Positions 38,814 through 49,600 of a stretch of 64,000 bases of DNA are shown in pieces. Source of the stretch: Candidatus Poribacteria bacterium (GTDB lineage Bacteria; Poribacteria; WGA-4E; PCPOR2b); NCBI GenBank assembly GCA_965208675.1, contig OZ242351.1, forward strand, positions 2,656,001 to 2,720,000, written 5' to 3'. Position 1 is the first letter of the stretch. Each line of letters starts with the position of its first letter. The translations under genes were made by a program, and so were the position numbers. A model generated the notes under the pieces. That model was not told the origin of the DNA. It made no database searches and saw only the letters and a list, made by a program, of their open reading frames with translations.

Positions 38814-38974
38814 GCCTCAATCCTCCTTCACGGATGAATATTTATCCGTGCGTTGAACACAACTTCGGTTAGTTTGTTGAAACTACATCTTCCCGATCTG
38901 CCGTAGAACTGAAGCGGTTCAATCAATCCCTGAAACCACATCTGTTGCTAACCAGAGATCGGTTTACATAGTGT

Positions 38975-39003
38975 ATATTATCAGTCTCTTCTTATCTTGT
39001 CAA
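38975..39003 (-). promoter_or_regulatory. sigma70-like promoter for the LamG gene
   Basis: Minus strand TTGACA-17 nt-TAATAT. Confidence 0.55.
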
Positions 39004-39062
39004 CACACATATATATATCTTTGGCTTGCCTCTAGACTCTAAAAGATGCATCGATACGTGAA

Positions 39063-40649
39063 CTAATTGAGGGGCAATTCATAACATGCTGCTTCGCGGT
39101 CATTTCGCACAAGCAGATAGTTACCGGCGAGTGCGGGGCTATTCCACGTTTTGCCGTTTAATGCGGAAAAGCGCGTGAGTTCATGGTGTGTGTTTGGATT
39201 CGCTTCTACTAGGACAACATCGCCAGATTCGGTTTGTACGAGAAGCAGGCCGCCGACCAATATCACTTGACCATGCCCGTACCGCCCGCGTTTCCACTTG
39301 CGCTGGCCGTTGGCAACATCCAAACACACCAGCACACCGTCGTCAAGCCCATAAATGTATCCATCTCGGAAAACCACGTTCGTAAACTTGGCTTTGAGCC
39401 GCGGCGTCTCCCAAACGAGAGATGCCCGTAAGCTGCGTAAATCCTCACCTTCATCGGGATTACCCCTCTCATCCTGATGGATTTGAAAGAGTTTGCAACC
39501 GATACCGTAACCACTCGAAACAAACACGCGGTTACCGGGAAGCGGAACAGGTTGAGCAACACATTCGGTACTCTTCGGCCAGGGGTGCCGCCATAGGATT
39601 TTCCCGTCTACCGGTTGATGCGCCGAAACGCTGCCATAATTAAAAATGAGAATTTGGCGTACATTAGCAAGTGTTGTAAGAAGTGGTGAACTATATCCCG
39701 CGGCGTCATCGCCGGCACTCCAAACGTCTTCCCCGGTATGCCTGTTGAACGCAACCAATGACCTGCCGTTCACCCTGCCGGCGCTGACCACAACGAGGTT
39801 GTCAAAAACTAGCGGTGAACCGCTCATTCCCCAATTAGCTACTTCCTTATCGGTGACGATATCCTTAGACCAAATCTGCCTTCCCGATGCGAGATCTAGA
39901 CAATTTAGGATTCCGGTGCCTCCCAAGGAATAGACACGGTCTTTCACGATTGTGGGCGTTGCGCGGGGACCAACGCCTGCAGGCACAGTTTCGTACTTGG
40001 TTCTATCTTCATGGCGCCACTTAACCTTGCCGGTCTTCAGTTCATAACAGACAACCGTTTCCTGTTCACCGTGCTGTTCTTGCGTAACTGCAGATTCTCC
40101 AAATACAGCGAAACCCGACCAACCGGCGCCGATGGGTTGGCGCCATATCAACCGGGGCGGACGCTTCGACCAATCCCGAGCTAATCGAATATCGCCCAGA
40201 ATCGCATTGCGATTCGGTCCAAGAAACTGCGGATAGTCCTCAACCGATGACGATTCAACCGTACTCCCTATTTCATTTAAATCGACCGAGGGAGTTGGAG
40301 AAACGGTCTCGGACGGACTCTTTTTCCACCGCCACTCCCATGAGGGCACCAAGTCCCCGCTAAACCCCTTAAATCGGAATAGCTTTGTTGCGCCAAACAG
40401 CACCAGGACAATCACTGCAAAAGAGATTAGCCGAATCTTCCACCGGAGCCGCGAGAAAAATAGCAGCCAAATCAACATCAGGGTGAACGAAACAAACACC
40501 GCAAGTGCTGTTTGCATGACCCGTTCTTGCCGGTGCGATGCCTCTGAGGCCCAAATGAATATGATGGCGAGCGCGGTGAGCGCCGCGACGACAGCAAGAA
40601 GCCACCAACGCGCGCGCTTGCGCGACTCGCTACGTGAACGTGAAAACAT
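39063..40649 (-). CDS. membrane-anchored PQQ-like beta-propeller protein
   Basis: Three N-terminal TM helices; DYPQFLGPNR, GPRATP, YSSP, TWNSPALAG..LLVRND. Confidence 0.88.
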   Translation of the reverse strand: MFSRSRSESRKRARWWLLAVVAALTALAIIFIWASEASHRQERVMQTALAVFVSFTLMLIWLLFFSRLRWKIRLISFAVIVLVLFGATKLFRFKGFSGDLVPSWEWRWKKSPSETVSPTPSVDLNEIGSTVESSSVEDYPQFLGPNRNAILGDIRLARDWSKRPPRLIWRQPIGAGWSGFAVFGESAVTQEQHGEQETVVCYELKTGKVKWRHEDRTKYETVPAGVGPRATPTIVKDRVYSLGGTGILNCLDLASGRQIWSKDIVTDKEVANWGMSGSPLVFDNLVVVSAGRVNGRSLVAFNRHTGEDVWSAGDDAAGYSSPLLTTLANVRQILIFNYGSVSAHQPVDGKILWRHPWPKSTECVAQPVPLPGNRVFVSSGYGIGCKLFQIHQDERGNPDEGEDLRSLRASLVWETPRLKAKFTNVVFRDGYIYGLDDGVLVCLDVANGQRKWKRGRYGHGQVILVGGLLLVQTESGDVVLVEANPNTHHELTRFSALNGKTWNSPALAGNYLLVRNDREAACYELPLN

Positions 40650-41291
40650 AAGACACACCTCTACGTCTAATTCAGGCAGGCTAAATAAAGATTTACACCT
40701 ATACTTACACACATTCAGACACACCCTGATATGGGTTCAACAGAGCGATTAGCGAATGCGATAGAGTTCCCAAAGCGATAGTTTTAAAGTCTTCACTAAC
40801 CCCCGATTATTCATTTGCTTTTTGATGGCGCTTTGCTGATGATTCACTTGCCGGAAGCGTTATTATTGCGAACCCATCCCGGCGTGTTCCTAGTTTTGAT
40901 GGCTTGTTGGTTGGAACACATGGTCGGTGACTACTTCAATCTCGGCTACTACGGTTACTGCCGCCGGCTTCTGATTTCGCCGTTTCATTTCGCCTACCTT
41001 AAGATATTATTCGTGAGTATAACAAACATTCACACGCACGACAAACTTTTTGTTATTAACATTTCTCCCGGCGTGTTATAATTGGCAGCGTCGCAAATGG
41101 GCAAAAGAATCTCACGGCTGCTAACCCCGGCAGTCACTCGTTTCCTGTGGCAAATAGTTCTATAACAACTATGAAGAACGGGAGTAACACCGGTCAGAGC
41201 GGAAGATTGGACAATCGGAGACGCCGCTGTTCCAACTTTTCGAATCTTCCATCCAACAACTAACTCAAAAAAAGTGGGAGGTTCGACTATA

Positions 41292-42464
41292 GTGAACCCT
41301 ATCTCGAAAATCTGTTTATTGTTTATCAGCACCGCGCTCATCGTGGGGCTTTGCGGCTGTGAGGAACTAGCTACGCATTTGTCCAGCATAGAGACGCCGG
41401 GTACGGTTCGAGACGAACTCCTTATCGGCGTGGTAATGCCGCTGTCCGGTGACTTCGTTGACGGTCCCGACGATCCCGCCCTAGTCAGGTATCTAAACGG
41501 CTTCTATTTTGCGCGTGACGAGATTAACAGCGCACAGGTCGCGGCGCCGCGTGTCCGCTTCATCGTGGAGGATAATCATAGCACGCCGGAGGGTGCAATC
41601 GCCGCATACAACAAGCTAATCCATGAGGACGGAGTGGTTGCCCTGTTGGGGCCCGCCACATCGACCTTAACCGAGATAGCCTTCCCGTTGGCAGAGACGA
41701 ACCGGATTGTGGCTATCGCGCCGACATCGGCATCGCAAGGGTTGAGCGCGCTCGGCGACTTTGTGTTTCGCGTGAACCTGACTGTGGACAAAGTGATACC
41801 GCGAGGCGTGCAGCTTACACAGGAAAAACTTGGATACCAAAAGGTTGCCATAATAGCTGACAGCCTAGACCTGTATTCCCGCAGCGCACACGCCGTGTAT
41901 TCGGAGACCCTCGCAGCGCTCGGCGTCGAGGTCTTGAGCACAGAAACCTTCACGACACGCGACGCGGATCTCCGCCCCCAATTGACCCGGATTCGGGATT
42001 TGAAGCCGGAAACCGTTCTTGTCGCAGCAAATACGTTTGACCAGCCGACGGTACTCGCTCAGGGGCGCGAAGTTGGGATTCCGGACGATGTGCCCTTTAT
42101 CGTTCCGCTGATGAGTGTAAGCGAGGTGCAACAGGCGGGCGCAGCCGCGGAAGGGGCAATTACGTTTTCGGTGTGGACGAGTACGGCAGACACACCCGGG
42201 AATCAGGTGTTTGTTCAGGACTACATAGCGGCGTACGGTGAATCGCCGTCGGTTTTCAGTGCATTGGCGTATACTTCGGTGAAACTTCTGGTGAATGCCG
42301 TCTCTGAGGCGGACTCAATCAATTCGCATGCGATACAAGAGGCATTGGCTGCCACGAGCGATTATGAGACTATTCTAGGCAGTTTCTCTTTCGACTCAGT
42401 CGGCGACGCCGTATACGACCCCATCATATTGATAGCACACGACGGAGCATTCCAAACGTTCTGA
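41292..42464 (+). CDS. LivJ/LivK-type substrate-binding lipoprotein, dispersed copy 10
   Basis: LCGC lipobox; LGPATS, DFVFR, TPGNQVFV, FSFDSVGDAVYDP shared with the array. Confidence 0.9.
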   Translation: MNPISKICLLFISTALIVGLCGCEELATHLSSIETPGTVRDELLIGVVMPLSGDFVDGPDDPALVRYLNGFYFARDEINSAQVAAPRVRFIVEDNHSTPEGAIAAYNKLIHEDGVVALLGPATSTLTEIAFPLAETNRIVAIAPTSASQGLSALGDFVFRVNLTVDKVIPRGVQLTQEKLGYQKVAIIADSLDLYSRSAHAVYSETLAALGVEVLSTETFTTRDADLRPQLTRIRDLKPETVLVAANTFDQPTVLAQGREVGIPDDVPFIVPLMSVSEVQQAGAAAEGAITFSVWTSTADTPGNQVFVQDYIAAYGESPSVFSALAYTSVKLLVNAVSEADSINSHAIQEALAATSDYETILGSFSFDSVGDAVYDPIILIAHDGAFQTF

Positions 42465-42624
42465 CGCATAATTTCGGGTGAGATGGGTAAGCCCAATGAA
42501 AAACGCAGTGCGCGATTTCCTAACCCAGGAATTGGATGTCCCCTCAATGTCCCCTTTTTTTCTGCGGATCCGCTCTGGCAAGGGCTTCAGGTGATTCCGA
42601 CTTAAATTGAAATGTCCCCTTTTA

Positions 42625-42942
42625 CTACCGGTTTATTGAATTGCCGAATTTATCAAACGTGTTTACCACCCGCCCATCGTCATTGATATTGAGCGACGCA
42701 TTCGATTTTCCGTCCTTTTCATAGACATCAATACGCCCGCCGTGGTCAGTGACACCGAGCACAATCCCCACGTTCCCATCCGCATCAACGATGTCTAACC
42801 GAGAACACTGAATCGTGTCAAACTTTTTGGCCGCGACCGGCGACTGCATACCAATCGCAAACAGCATCACAATGATAGCTACCATCCCGCCGAAACCCAT
42901 ATACACCAACTTGACCTTCAAATCTTTGCTGCTAAACATCAT
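42625..42942 (-). CDS. small exported hypothetical protein (FxTIQCSxLxVxD family)
   Basis: N-terminal hydrophobic helix; paralogous to 59843-60142. Confidence 0.65.
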   Translation of the reverse strand: MMFSSKDLKVKLVYMGFGGMVAIIVMLFAIGMQSPVAAKKFDTIQCSRLDIVDADGNVGIVLGVTDHGGRIDVYEKDGKSNASLNINDDGRVVNTFDKFGNSINR

Positions 42943-43014
42943 TTTGCCCTCCCCTTTGGAAACCGTGACCAGTAAACAGTGGCTAGTGACATATTTTTTA
43001 CTGACCACTGGCAA

Positions 43015-44085
43015 CTAGCCACTGGACACTGATGTCAATCTGATCCGGTATTTCGATGCAACGGCTTGGATTGCCGTCCATGAGCTGTCATCGATAAAGA
43101 TGCCCTCTTGACGGTGTCTATTTTTCTCTCGAATCCCGCGCTCGCCGGGAATGAGAATCTCCTCAACACCGGGTGATTTCTTTGCAGATTTTACATATGC
43201 AATAAAGCGATTAACCTCCTCGTTGAAATCGGAGACATCCGCGAAGCTAGCGATATTGATTGCCAAAACGAATAAACCGTTGCCGACTCTCGCCTCACCA
43301 TCTCGGCTGCAACCTGCACCGGTCAATGCGCCCGATAGAATGTCTATGACAAAACTCAGTCCGAACCCTTTGTGCGCGGTAATTCCTCCGAAAGGGAGCA
43401 ATGCGCCGGGCAGCACCCCATAAAAATCATCAACGTCGTTTGTCGGATTGCCTTCAGCATTGATAAGCCAGCCATCCGGAACGGTTTCTTGCCGGTTCTT
43501 TTTCAGCCTTATCTTCCCGGAAGCGGCAACGCTAGTTGACATATCCAAAAGAACCGGTTCACGCCCTTCGACGGGAATTGCACAAGCAATCGGATTGGTC
43601 GAAAGCCTGCCCTCAATGCCTCCGAACGGGGCTACACATGGGCCGCCGCCGTGGTCGTTCACAGTCAAAACACAGATCATGTGCTGTTCTGCGGCTTTCA
43701 AAGCGTAACCTCCCAATCTGCCCACTTCATTGCAGCGGAGGGTAACGACAGAACTGATGTCCTGGTCTTTTGCTTTTTGCACAGCTAACTCCACCGCACG
43801 AGTTGCGATTACAGGGCCAAACCCCCAGTTGCCATTTAGAACGGCCGTCGATGGAGACTCTCGCCTGATCTCAATATCCGCCTTCGGCTGGATTAAGGAA
43901 GCCTCTATTTCTTGGATATATTTCGTCAGGTGAATGACACCGTGCGAATGGTGTCCAACCAGATTGGCATCAACCATTGAACGCGTTACCACTTCTGACT
44001 CAGCATCTGGGACACCGGCAGCACGAAAAACCTTCAGGCACATCTGCGTTAAGGTCTCTGGTGAGAAAATTGGCATGGTGCACAT
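43015..44085 (-). CDS. Ldh_2-family (malate/L-lactate/ureidoglycolate-type) dehydrogenase
   Basis: GHHSHG, TNPIA, LDMSTS, LLPFGG..HKGFGL, IPGE. Confidence 0.9.
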   Translation of the reverse strand: MCTMPIFSPETLTQMCLKVFRAAGVPDAESEVVTRSMVDANLVGHHSHGVIHLTKYIQEIEASLIQPKADIEIRRESPSTAVLNGNWGFGPVIATRAVELAVQKAKDQDISSVVTLRCNEVGRLGGYALKAAEQHMICVLTVNDHGGGPCVAPFGGIEGRLSTNPIACAIPVEGREPVLLDMSTSVAASGKIRLKKNRQETVPDGWLINAEGNPTNDVDDFYGVLPGALLPFGGITAHKGFGLSFVIDILSGALTGAGCSRDGEARVGNGLFVLAINIASFADVSDFNEEVNRFIAYVKSAKKSPGVEEILIPGERGIREKNRHRQEGIFIDDSSWTAIQAVASKYRIRLTSVSSG

Positions 44086-44123
44086 TCTCTGTAGCTTGAG
44101 CGATTTCGATTGCTTGCACTATT

Positions 44124-44966
44124 TCACGAATCAAGTTGATTCGGTGTTTCGATCGGCAAATCCAGCCGATCCCCCCACTCTTTCCACGACCCGATGTAGT
44201 TGCTGACCCTTGGATAGCCCAATAACCTCAGCGCCAGATAGCCGTGGGAAGAACGGTAACCGCCCTGTCAGTAGCACATCACCCGCTTTTCAGGCGTAAT
44301 ACCTGCGGCACGGTACATGGCTTGCAACTCATCCGCCGGTCTGAACGCCCCATCCTTGTCCAGATTGTTTAGCCATTCGATGTGAACCGACCCAGGAATT
44401 GCACCGCCGCGCGCAGCTCTAGCGTTTTGTCCATAGTGTTCATCGCCCGTACGGGTATCAAGCACGGCGAAATCACTCTGATTCAACTGGTCGAGAATGC
44501 CGGCTGTTCCTATATGCAAGTCTGCTTGAGGATTAATCGGAAATGGAGGAACTTCATCCGGTAATGTAGCCCCAAAGCTCACACCTCCCAACGCGGTTAT
44601 CCAGGCATTGTAACCCCCATCTAATACCCGGACGTTATCATGTCCAAAATACTCACAGAACCAGAAGCCCCGCGCAGCGCGGACACCTGAGATATTCTCA
44701 TACCAGACTATAGTTTTTCTGGAATCAACACCGCGTGCACTAAAGAGATGGGCAATCGTCCACATAAACGCATTAAACGGGGTTTCGCTCGTATCATTGA
44801 GACTAATCCCGTACAAATCTAGATGGATTGCATTCGGAATACGTCCTATAACATATTCATGTGTCGGACGCGTATCCACAATGCAGATGTCTGTATCATC
44901 AACTCTGCTTTTCAACTCCTCGGCGGATATCAACAACTGCGGATTAATATACCCTTTGCCGTTCAT
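44124..44966 (-). CDS. tandem-domain rhodanese/sulfurtransferase, probable selenoprotein (in-frame TGA at the catalytic position)
   Basis: GRIPNA, LDGG, GAIPGS. Reading through the TGA at 44270-44268 gives [41 protein letters not shown], which completes the rhodanese fold. Confidence 0.88.
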
Positions 44967-46252
44967 CCAATCCTCCCAACTCCACCCATGTAAGGTTTAA
45001 GAACTTCTGGAATGCGGATGCTTCCATCCGCTTGTTGATAATTCTCAAGTATCGCGATAACCACTCGCGGCAACGCAAGCCCGGAAGCGTTAAGCGTATG
45101 CACAAATTCCGGTTTTGCGCCGGGTTCACGGCGAAAACGGATATTTGCACGGCGCGCCTGAAAATCCTCAAAGTTGCTGCACGAAGAAATCTCTAGAAAT
45201 TTCTGCTCTGCGGCGGTCCAGACCTCTACATCATAGCATTTTGCGGCAGCGAACCCAAGATCTGCCGTACAGAGGGTGACAACGCGGTAAGGCAGACCGA
45301 GGGCTTGTACAACATCTTCAGCGTTGGTTAGTAAGCGTTCGTGTTCGTCGTAGGAGGTCTCAGGGAGCGTAAATTTTACCATTTCGACTTTATCAAACTG
45401 GTGGACGCGGACTAAGCCTCGCGTGTCGCGGCCGTAAGAACCGGCCTCGCGCCGAAAACAGGGCGTATATGCGGTGTAGTTGATTGGGAGATTTCTACCA
45501 TCCAAGTATTCACCAGCGAAAATGTTTGTGACGGGAACTTCAGCCGTTGGAATGAGAAAGAGATCGCCGCTCTCATTTTCTTCATCGCGGTCGCATCGAT
45601 ACATATCTTCTTCGAATTTAGGCAACTGCCCCGTGCCGGTCATTGTAGGACGGTTAGCGACAAAAGGCGGAGAGACTTCGGTATATCCGTGTTGGGACAC
45701 ATGCAGGTCGAGCATGAAGTTAATCAGCGCACGCTCTAGCTTCGCCCCTATCCCTTTAAACAGCACGAAGTTACTGCCCGCAACCTTTGCGCCGCGCTTA
45801 AAATCGATGATATCCAACGCTTCTGCAAGTTCCCAATGCGGCTTGGGTTCAAAATCGAAAGTCGGCAGGCCGCCCCATCGTTTGACCTCAATATTATCCG
45901 CTTCGCTGTTGCCGGCCGGCGTACTTGAATGGGGCATGTTTGGGAGGTTAATCAAAATTTCATCCACTTCACTCTTTTTTACTTGCGCATTCTCATTCAG
46001 CTCTCTGATTTTCTGAGAAACCTGCCTCATCTCAACAATCTGTTCAGACGCATCACCCTTAGTTTTCTTGAGTTCGGCAATTTTCTTGGATACCGAATTT
46101 TGATAGCTTCTGAGCGACTCAGCTTCGCCCATCAACTCGCGCCATCTGCGGTCGGAATTGATGAGTTGATCCAACGGTGCGTCCATTCTGCGCTGCTCTA
46201 GCATCGTTCGCACTGTGTCGGGATTATCTCGAATAAACTTGAGATCTAACAC
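44963..46252 (-). CDS. serS: seryl-tRNA synthetase
   Basis: [57 protein letters not shown]. Confidence 0.98.
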   Translation of the reverse strand: MLDLKFIRDNPDTVRTMLEQRRMDAPLDQLINSDRRWRELMGEAESLRSYQNSVSKKIAELKKTKGDASEQIVEMRQVSQKIRELNENAQVKKSEVDEILINLPNMPHSSTPAGNSEADNIEVKRWGGLPTFDFEPKPHWELAEALDIIDFKRGAKVAGSNFVLFKGIGAKLERALINFMLDLHVSQHGYTEVSPPFVANRPTMTGTGQLPKFEEDMYRCDRDEENESGDLFLIPTAEVPVTNIFAGEYLDGRNLPINYTAYTPCFRREAGSYGRDTRGLVRVHQFDKVEMVKFTLPETSYDEHERLLTNAEDVVQALGLPYRVVTLCTADLGFAAAKCYDVEVWTAAEQKFLEISSCSNFEDFQARRANIRFRREPGAKPEFVHTLNASGLALPRVVIAILENYQQADGSIRIPEVLKPYMGGVGRIG

Positions 46253-46290
46253 GAAAACTCTCCCCCTTCTCCCGATCTATAGATATGAAA

Positions 46291-46323
46291 AAACCACAGG
46301 TTGCTTGAAGACAGCCTGTGGTT
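46291..46323 (-). terminator. hairpin/terminator downstream of the tRNA pair
   Basis: AACCACAGGTTG...CAGCCTGTGGTT followed by a T run on the minus strand. Confidence 0.65.
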
Positions 46324-46346
46324 AGGATACGAAGTAATATTTAAGC

Positions 46347-46425
46347 TGGCGGGCTCGACGGGATTTGAACCCGCGATCTTCTGCGTGACAGGCAGATGTG
46401 TTCGACCAAGCTACACCACGAGCCC
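46347..46425 (-). tRNA. tRNA-Asp (GTC)
   Basis: GGGCTCG acceptor stem, anticodon arm TCTGC-CTGTCAC-GCAGA, TTCAAAT T-loop, encoded CCA. Confidence 0.95.
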
Positions 46426-46443
46426 GATAAGTCAACCACTGGT

Positions 46444-46520
46444 TGGTAGGCGGGACAGGGTTCGAACCTGTGACCTACGGCTTGTAAGGCCGTCACTCTA
46501 GCCAACTGAGCTACCCGCCC
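46444..46520 (-). tRNA. tRNA-Val (TAC)
   Basis: GGGCGGG acceptor, anticodon arm ACGGC-CTTACAA-GCCGT, TTCGAAC T-loop, encoded CCA. Confidence 0.95.
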
Positions 46521-46551
46521 AAACTTCATTTCCGCTTTTTGACGAGACTAA

Positions 46552-46580
46552 AGTATAAATCATAAATGCAACATTGTCAA
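46552..46580 (-). promoter_or_regulatory. sigma70 promoter of the tRNA operon
   Basis: Minus strand TTGACA-17 nt-TATACT. Confidence 0.75.
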
Positions 46581-46647
46581 GTGAAAGCTGCGATTTTCAT
46601 CTGCCGCATACGGTGCAGTATTTTTCCTTCATATGTTTGGATATGCG

Positions 46648-49600
46648 TTAACCGAAAAGCACTTTGTGCAAAAATCGCCCGGTGTGTGAAGGAGGCACCG
46701 CCGCCACGTCCTCCGGCGTCCCCATAGCGACAACCTCCCCGCCTTCATCGCCGCCATCGGGGCCAAGATCAATAACCCAATCCGCGCACTTAATCACGTC
46801 CAGATTGTGCTCAATCACGATTATTGTGTTGCCTTTGTCCACAAGCCGATTCAGCACAACCAACAATTTTTGCACGTCATCGAAGTGCAAACCGGTAGTG
46901 GGTTCGTCCATGATATAGATGGTTCTGCCGGTGCTCCGTTTGGCGAGTTCGCGCGCCAACTTGACACGCTGCGATTCGCCGCCCGACAGCGTCGTTGCAG
47001 ACTGTCCGAGTTCAATGTAATCTAACCCAACGTCATACAGCATCTGCAATCCCTTGCGGATGCTGGGCACGTTGTAGAAATGATCCAATGCCTCTTTCAC
47101 CGTCATCGCCAAAATTTCGGCAACGTTTTTGCCTTTGTAGCGGACTTGAAGCGTCTCGCTATTATACCCGGTTCCGCCGCACGTTTCGCATTTTACCCAG
47201 ACATCCGCGAGAAAGTGCATCTCGATTTTGTTATAACCGTGCCCGTGACACGTTTCGCACTGTCCGCTTTTCTGGTTAAAACTGAATCGGCGTGTACCGA
47301 AGCCGCGTATTTTGGCATCGGGCAGATCGGCAAACAGATATCGAATTTTAGTAAAAAGGTCGGTATAAGTGGCAGGATTGGAACGCGGGGTCTCTCCAAT
47401 TGGCTGCTGATCAATGTGGATTACCTTGTCTAGAAAATCCATGCCGCGAATCTGCTTAAACTTTCCAGCTTTTGCAATCTGTGTCCGATTCAAACTACCG
47501 GCGAGCGCTGGGTAGAGCGTCTCTTCGACAAGAGAACTCTTTCCTGAACCTGAAACCCCTGTCACACATGTGAGCGTCCCGAGCGGAATTTTGACATCAA
47601 TGCCGTTTAGGTTATTAATTCGGACATTGAAAAGCTCAAGCCGCTCTCCTTTGCCCGCACGCCTTTCCGTCGGGATTTCGATTTTTTGCGCGCCGACTAG
47701 ATAACGGCCTGTAATCGATTTTTCGTTGCCCTGAATTTCAGTTGGCGAACCGACAGCCACGATTTCGCCGCCCAATTTTCCAGCGTTCGGACCAAAGTCG
47801 AGAATATGATCCGATGTCAACATTGTCTCCGAGTCGTGTTCGATGACGAGTACGCTGTTGCCCAAGTCCCGAAGGCGTTTTAACGCGTTCAATAGCCGCT
47901 CGTTATCCTTCTGATGCAACCCGATCGTGGGTTCATCAAGAATATACATCACCCCCGTCAATCCGCTGCCGAGCTGGCTTGCCAAGCGAATACGCTGCAT
48001 CTCCCCTCCTGAAAGCGACGGCGCAGGACGGCTTAAGGTCAAATAGTGCAGTCCGATGTCCGCGAGGAATTGAAGCCGATTCTGGATTTCTCTGAGAAGA
48101 TCACGGGCGATTTTCTCCTGATGCGGCGGCAAATTCAAGCTTAAGAAAAATTCAATTGAATCTCGAATTAACATCGCGGTGACTTCCGCGATAGTTTTGC
48201 CATTCACGGTCACAAAACGCGCCAGCGGTTCAATGCGTGTTCCTTCACACTCTTTACAAACGGCGCCTGCGCGCCATATTATACTGCCAATGCCTTCACA
48301 TCGTTTACACTGTCCTAGAGGACTGTTAAATGAAAAGTGGCGCGGCGTGAGTTCAGGAAAACTCAACCCGCAGGGGACACAAGCAAAATGCTCGCTGAAA
48401 ATATGATGCCCAACACGCCGCCGCTTTGCGCGTTGGCTGCCCTTCTTGTCTCTCTCGTCCATTTCCCTGATTGCTACGACGCCGCCGCTCTCACGTGTGG
48501 CAGTCTCGACAGCTTCGGCAAGCCGACTGCGCGCATCGGGTTCAATGGCTAGGCGATCAACGACAATTTTGACATCGTGCTTAATGCTCTTGCCAATCTG
48601 AGGCGCCTGATCGATGTTGTAAATCTCGCCATCAATCTCAACGCGAACATATCCATCGCGCTGCGCGCGCCGAAAGGCATCCGGATAATCCTCGTTACTC
48701 CGCAAACTCAACGGAAACAAAACATACAATCGCGTTCCGGCGGGCAACGTCATAATTTTTTCCACAATTTGTTGCACCGATTGGGCGCCGACTTCCCGCC
48801 GACACTGGGGACAATGCGGTATCCCGATTCGGGCGTAGAGCACGCGCAGGTAGTCGTAAATCTCCGTGACCGTTCCGACCGTTGACCGCGGATTGTTGCT
48901 AGGCGCCTTCTGCTCAATTGCAATCGCGGGTGAAAGCCCTTCAATTTTCTCAAACTTCGGCTTATCCAACTGTCCCAAAAACTGCCGTGCATAGGTTGAA
49001 AGGGATTCAACGTATCGGCGTTGCCCCTCCGCGTAGATGGTATCTAGCGCCAAGGACGACTTTCCGGAACCGCTCACGCCGGTGAATGTAGTGAGCTTCC
49101 TGTGCGGGATTTCCGCATCTACATTTTTAAGGTTATGCTCCCGCGCGCCGCGCACGGAAATGTACCGAAGATTTTCGGGTTTTACAGCGCTTTCGGTCAA
49201 GTAGATTTCATCTGACTCATGGATTTCGCTGGAAGATTCCGCCGGCAAACGCGACGGATTGGAGTACGTGGCTTCTGAATGATTGCTATCGTACATCCTT
49301 CCATTGTTTCTCTCATCCAAGACGGGTTTCAACGCTCGACCTGTATACGACATCTCCACCTCCCCCACCTCTTCGGGCGTCCCGGCTGCCACGACATATC
49401 CGCCTTCCTCGCCGCCTTCAGGTCCGAGATCGATGAGATAATCCGCCGTTTTAACCACTTCAAGATTATGTTCAATCACGACAATGGTGTTGCCGGCATC
49501 TACCAACTGATGTAAGACTTCTAACAATTTCTTCACATCATCGAAGTGCAACCCTGTTGTCGGCTCATCGAGAATATAGAGCGTTTTGCCCGTACTCCGT

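Noticed and set aside
40750-41270. Short ORFs 40815..41081 and 41030..41389
   Set aside because: They have no recognisable motifs or RBS; the region is probably a divergent promoter region.
44268-44966. Rhodanese as a truncated 232-aa protein or pseudogene
   Set aside because: The stop is a TGA exactly at the catalytic Cys codon and the downstream frame is intact, so Sec readthrough is more parsimonious.
45480-46016. 178-aa plus-strand ORF, and similar antisense ORFs over uvrA, mtaB, cobW and the cytochrome gene
   Set aside because: These are shadow frames opposite well-supported genes and have no protein-like motifs.
46347-46520. tRNA-anchored prophage or integrative island
   Set aside because: There is no integrase, no duplicated tRNA 3' end was seen, and the flanks are the housekeeping genes serS and uvrA.
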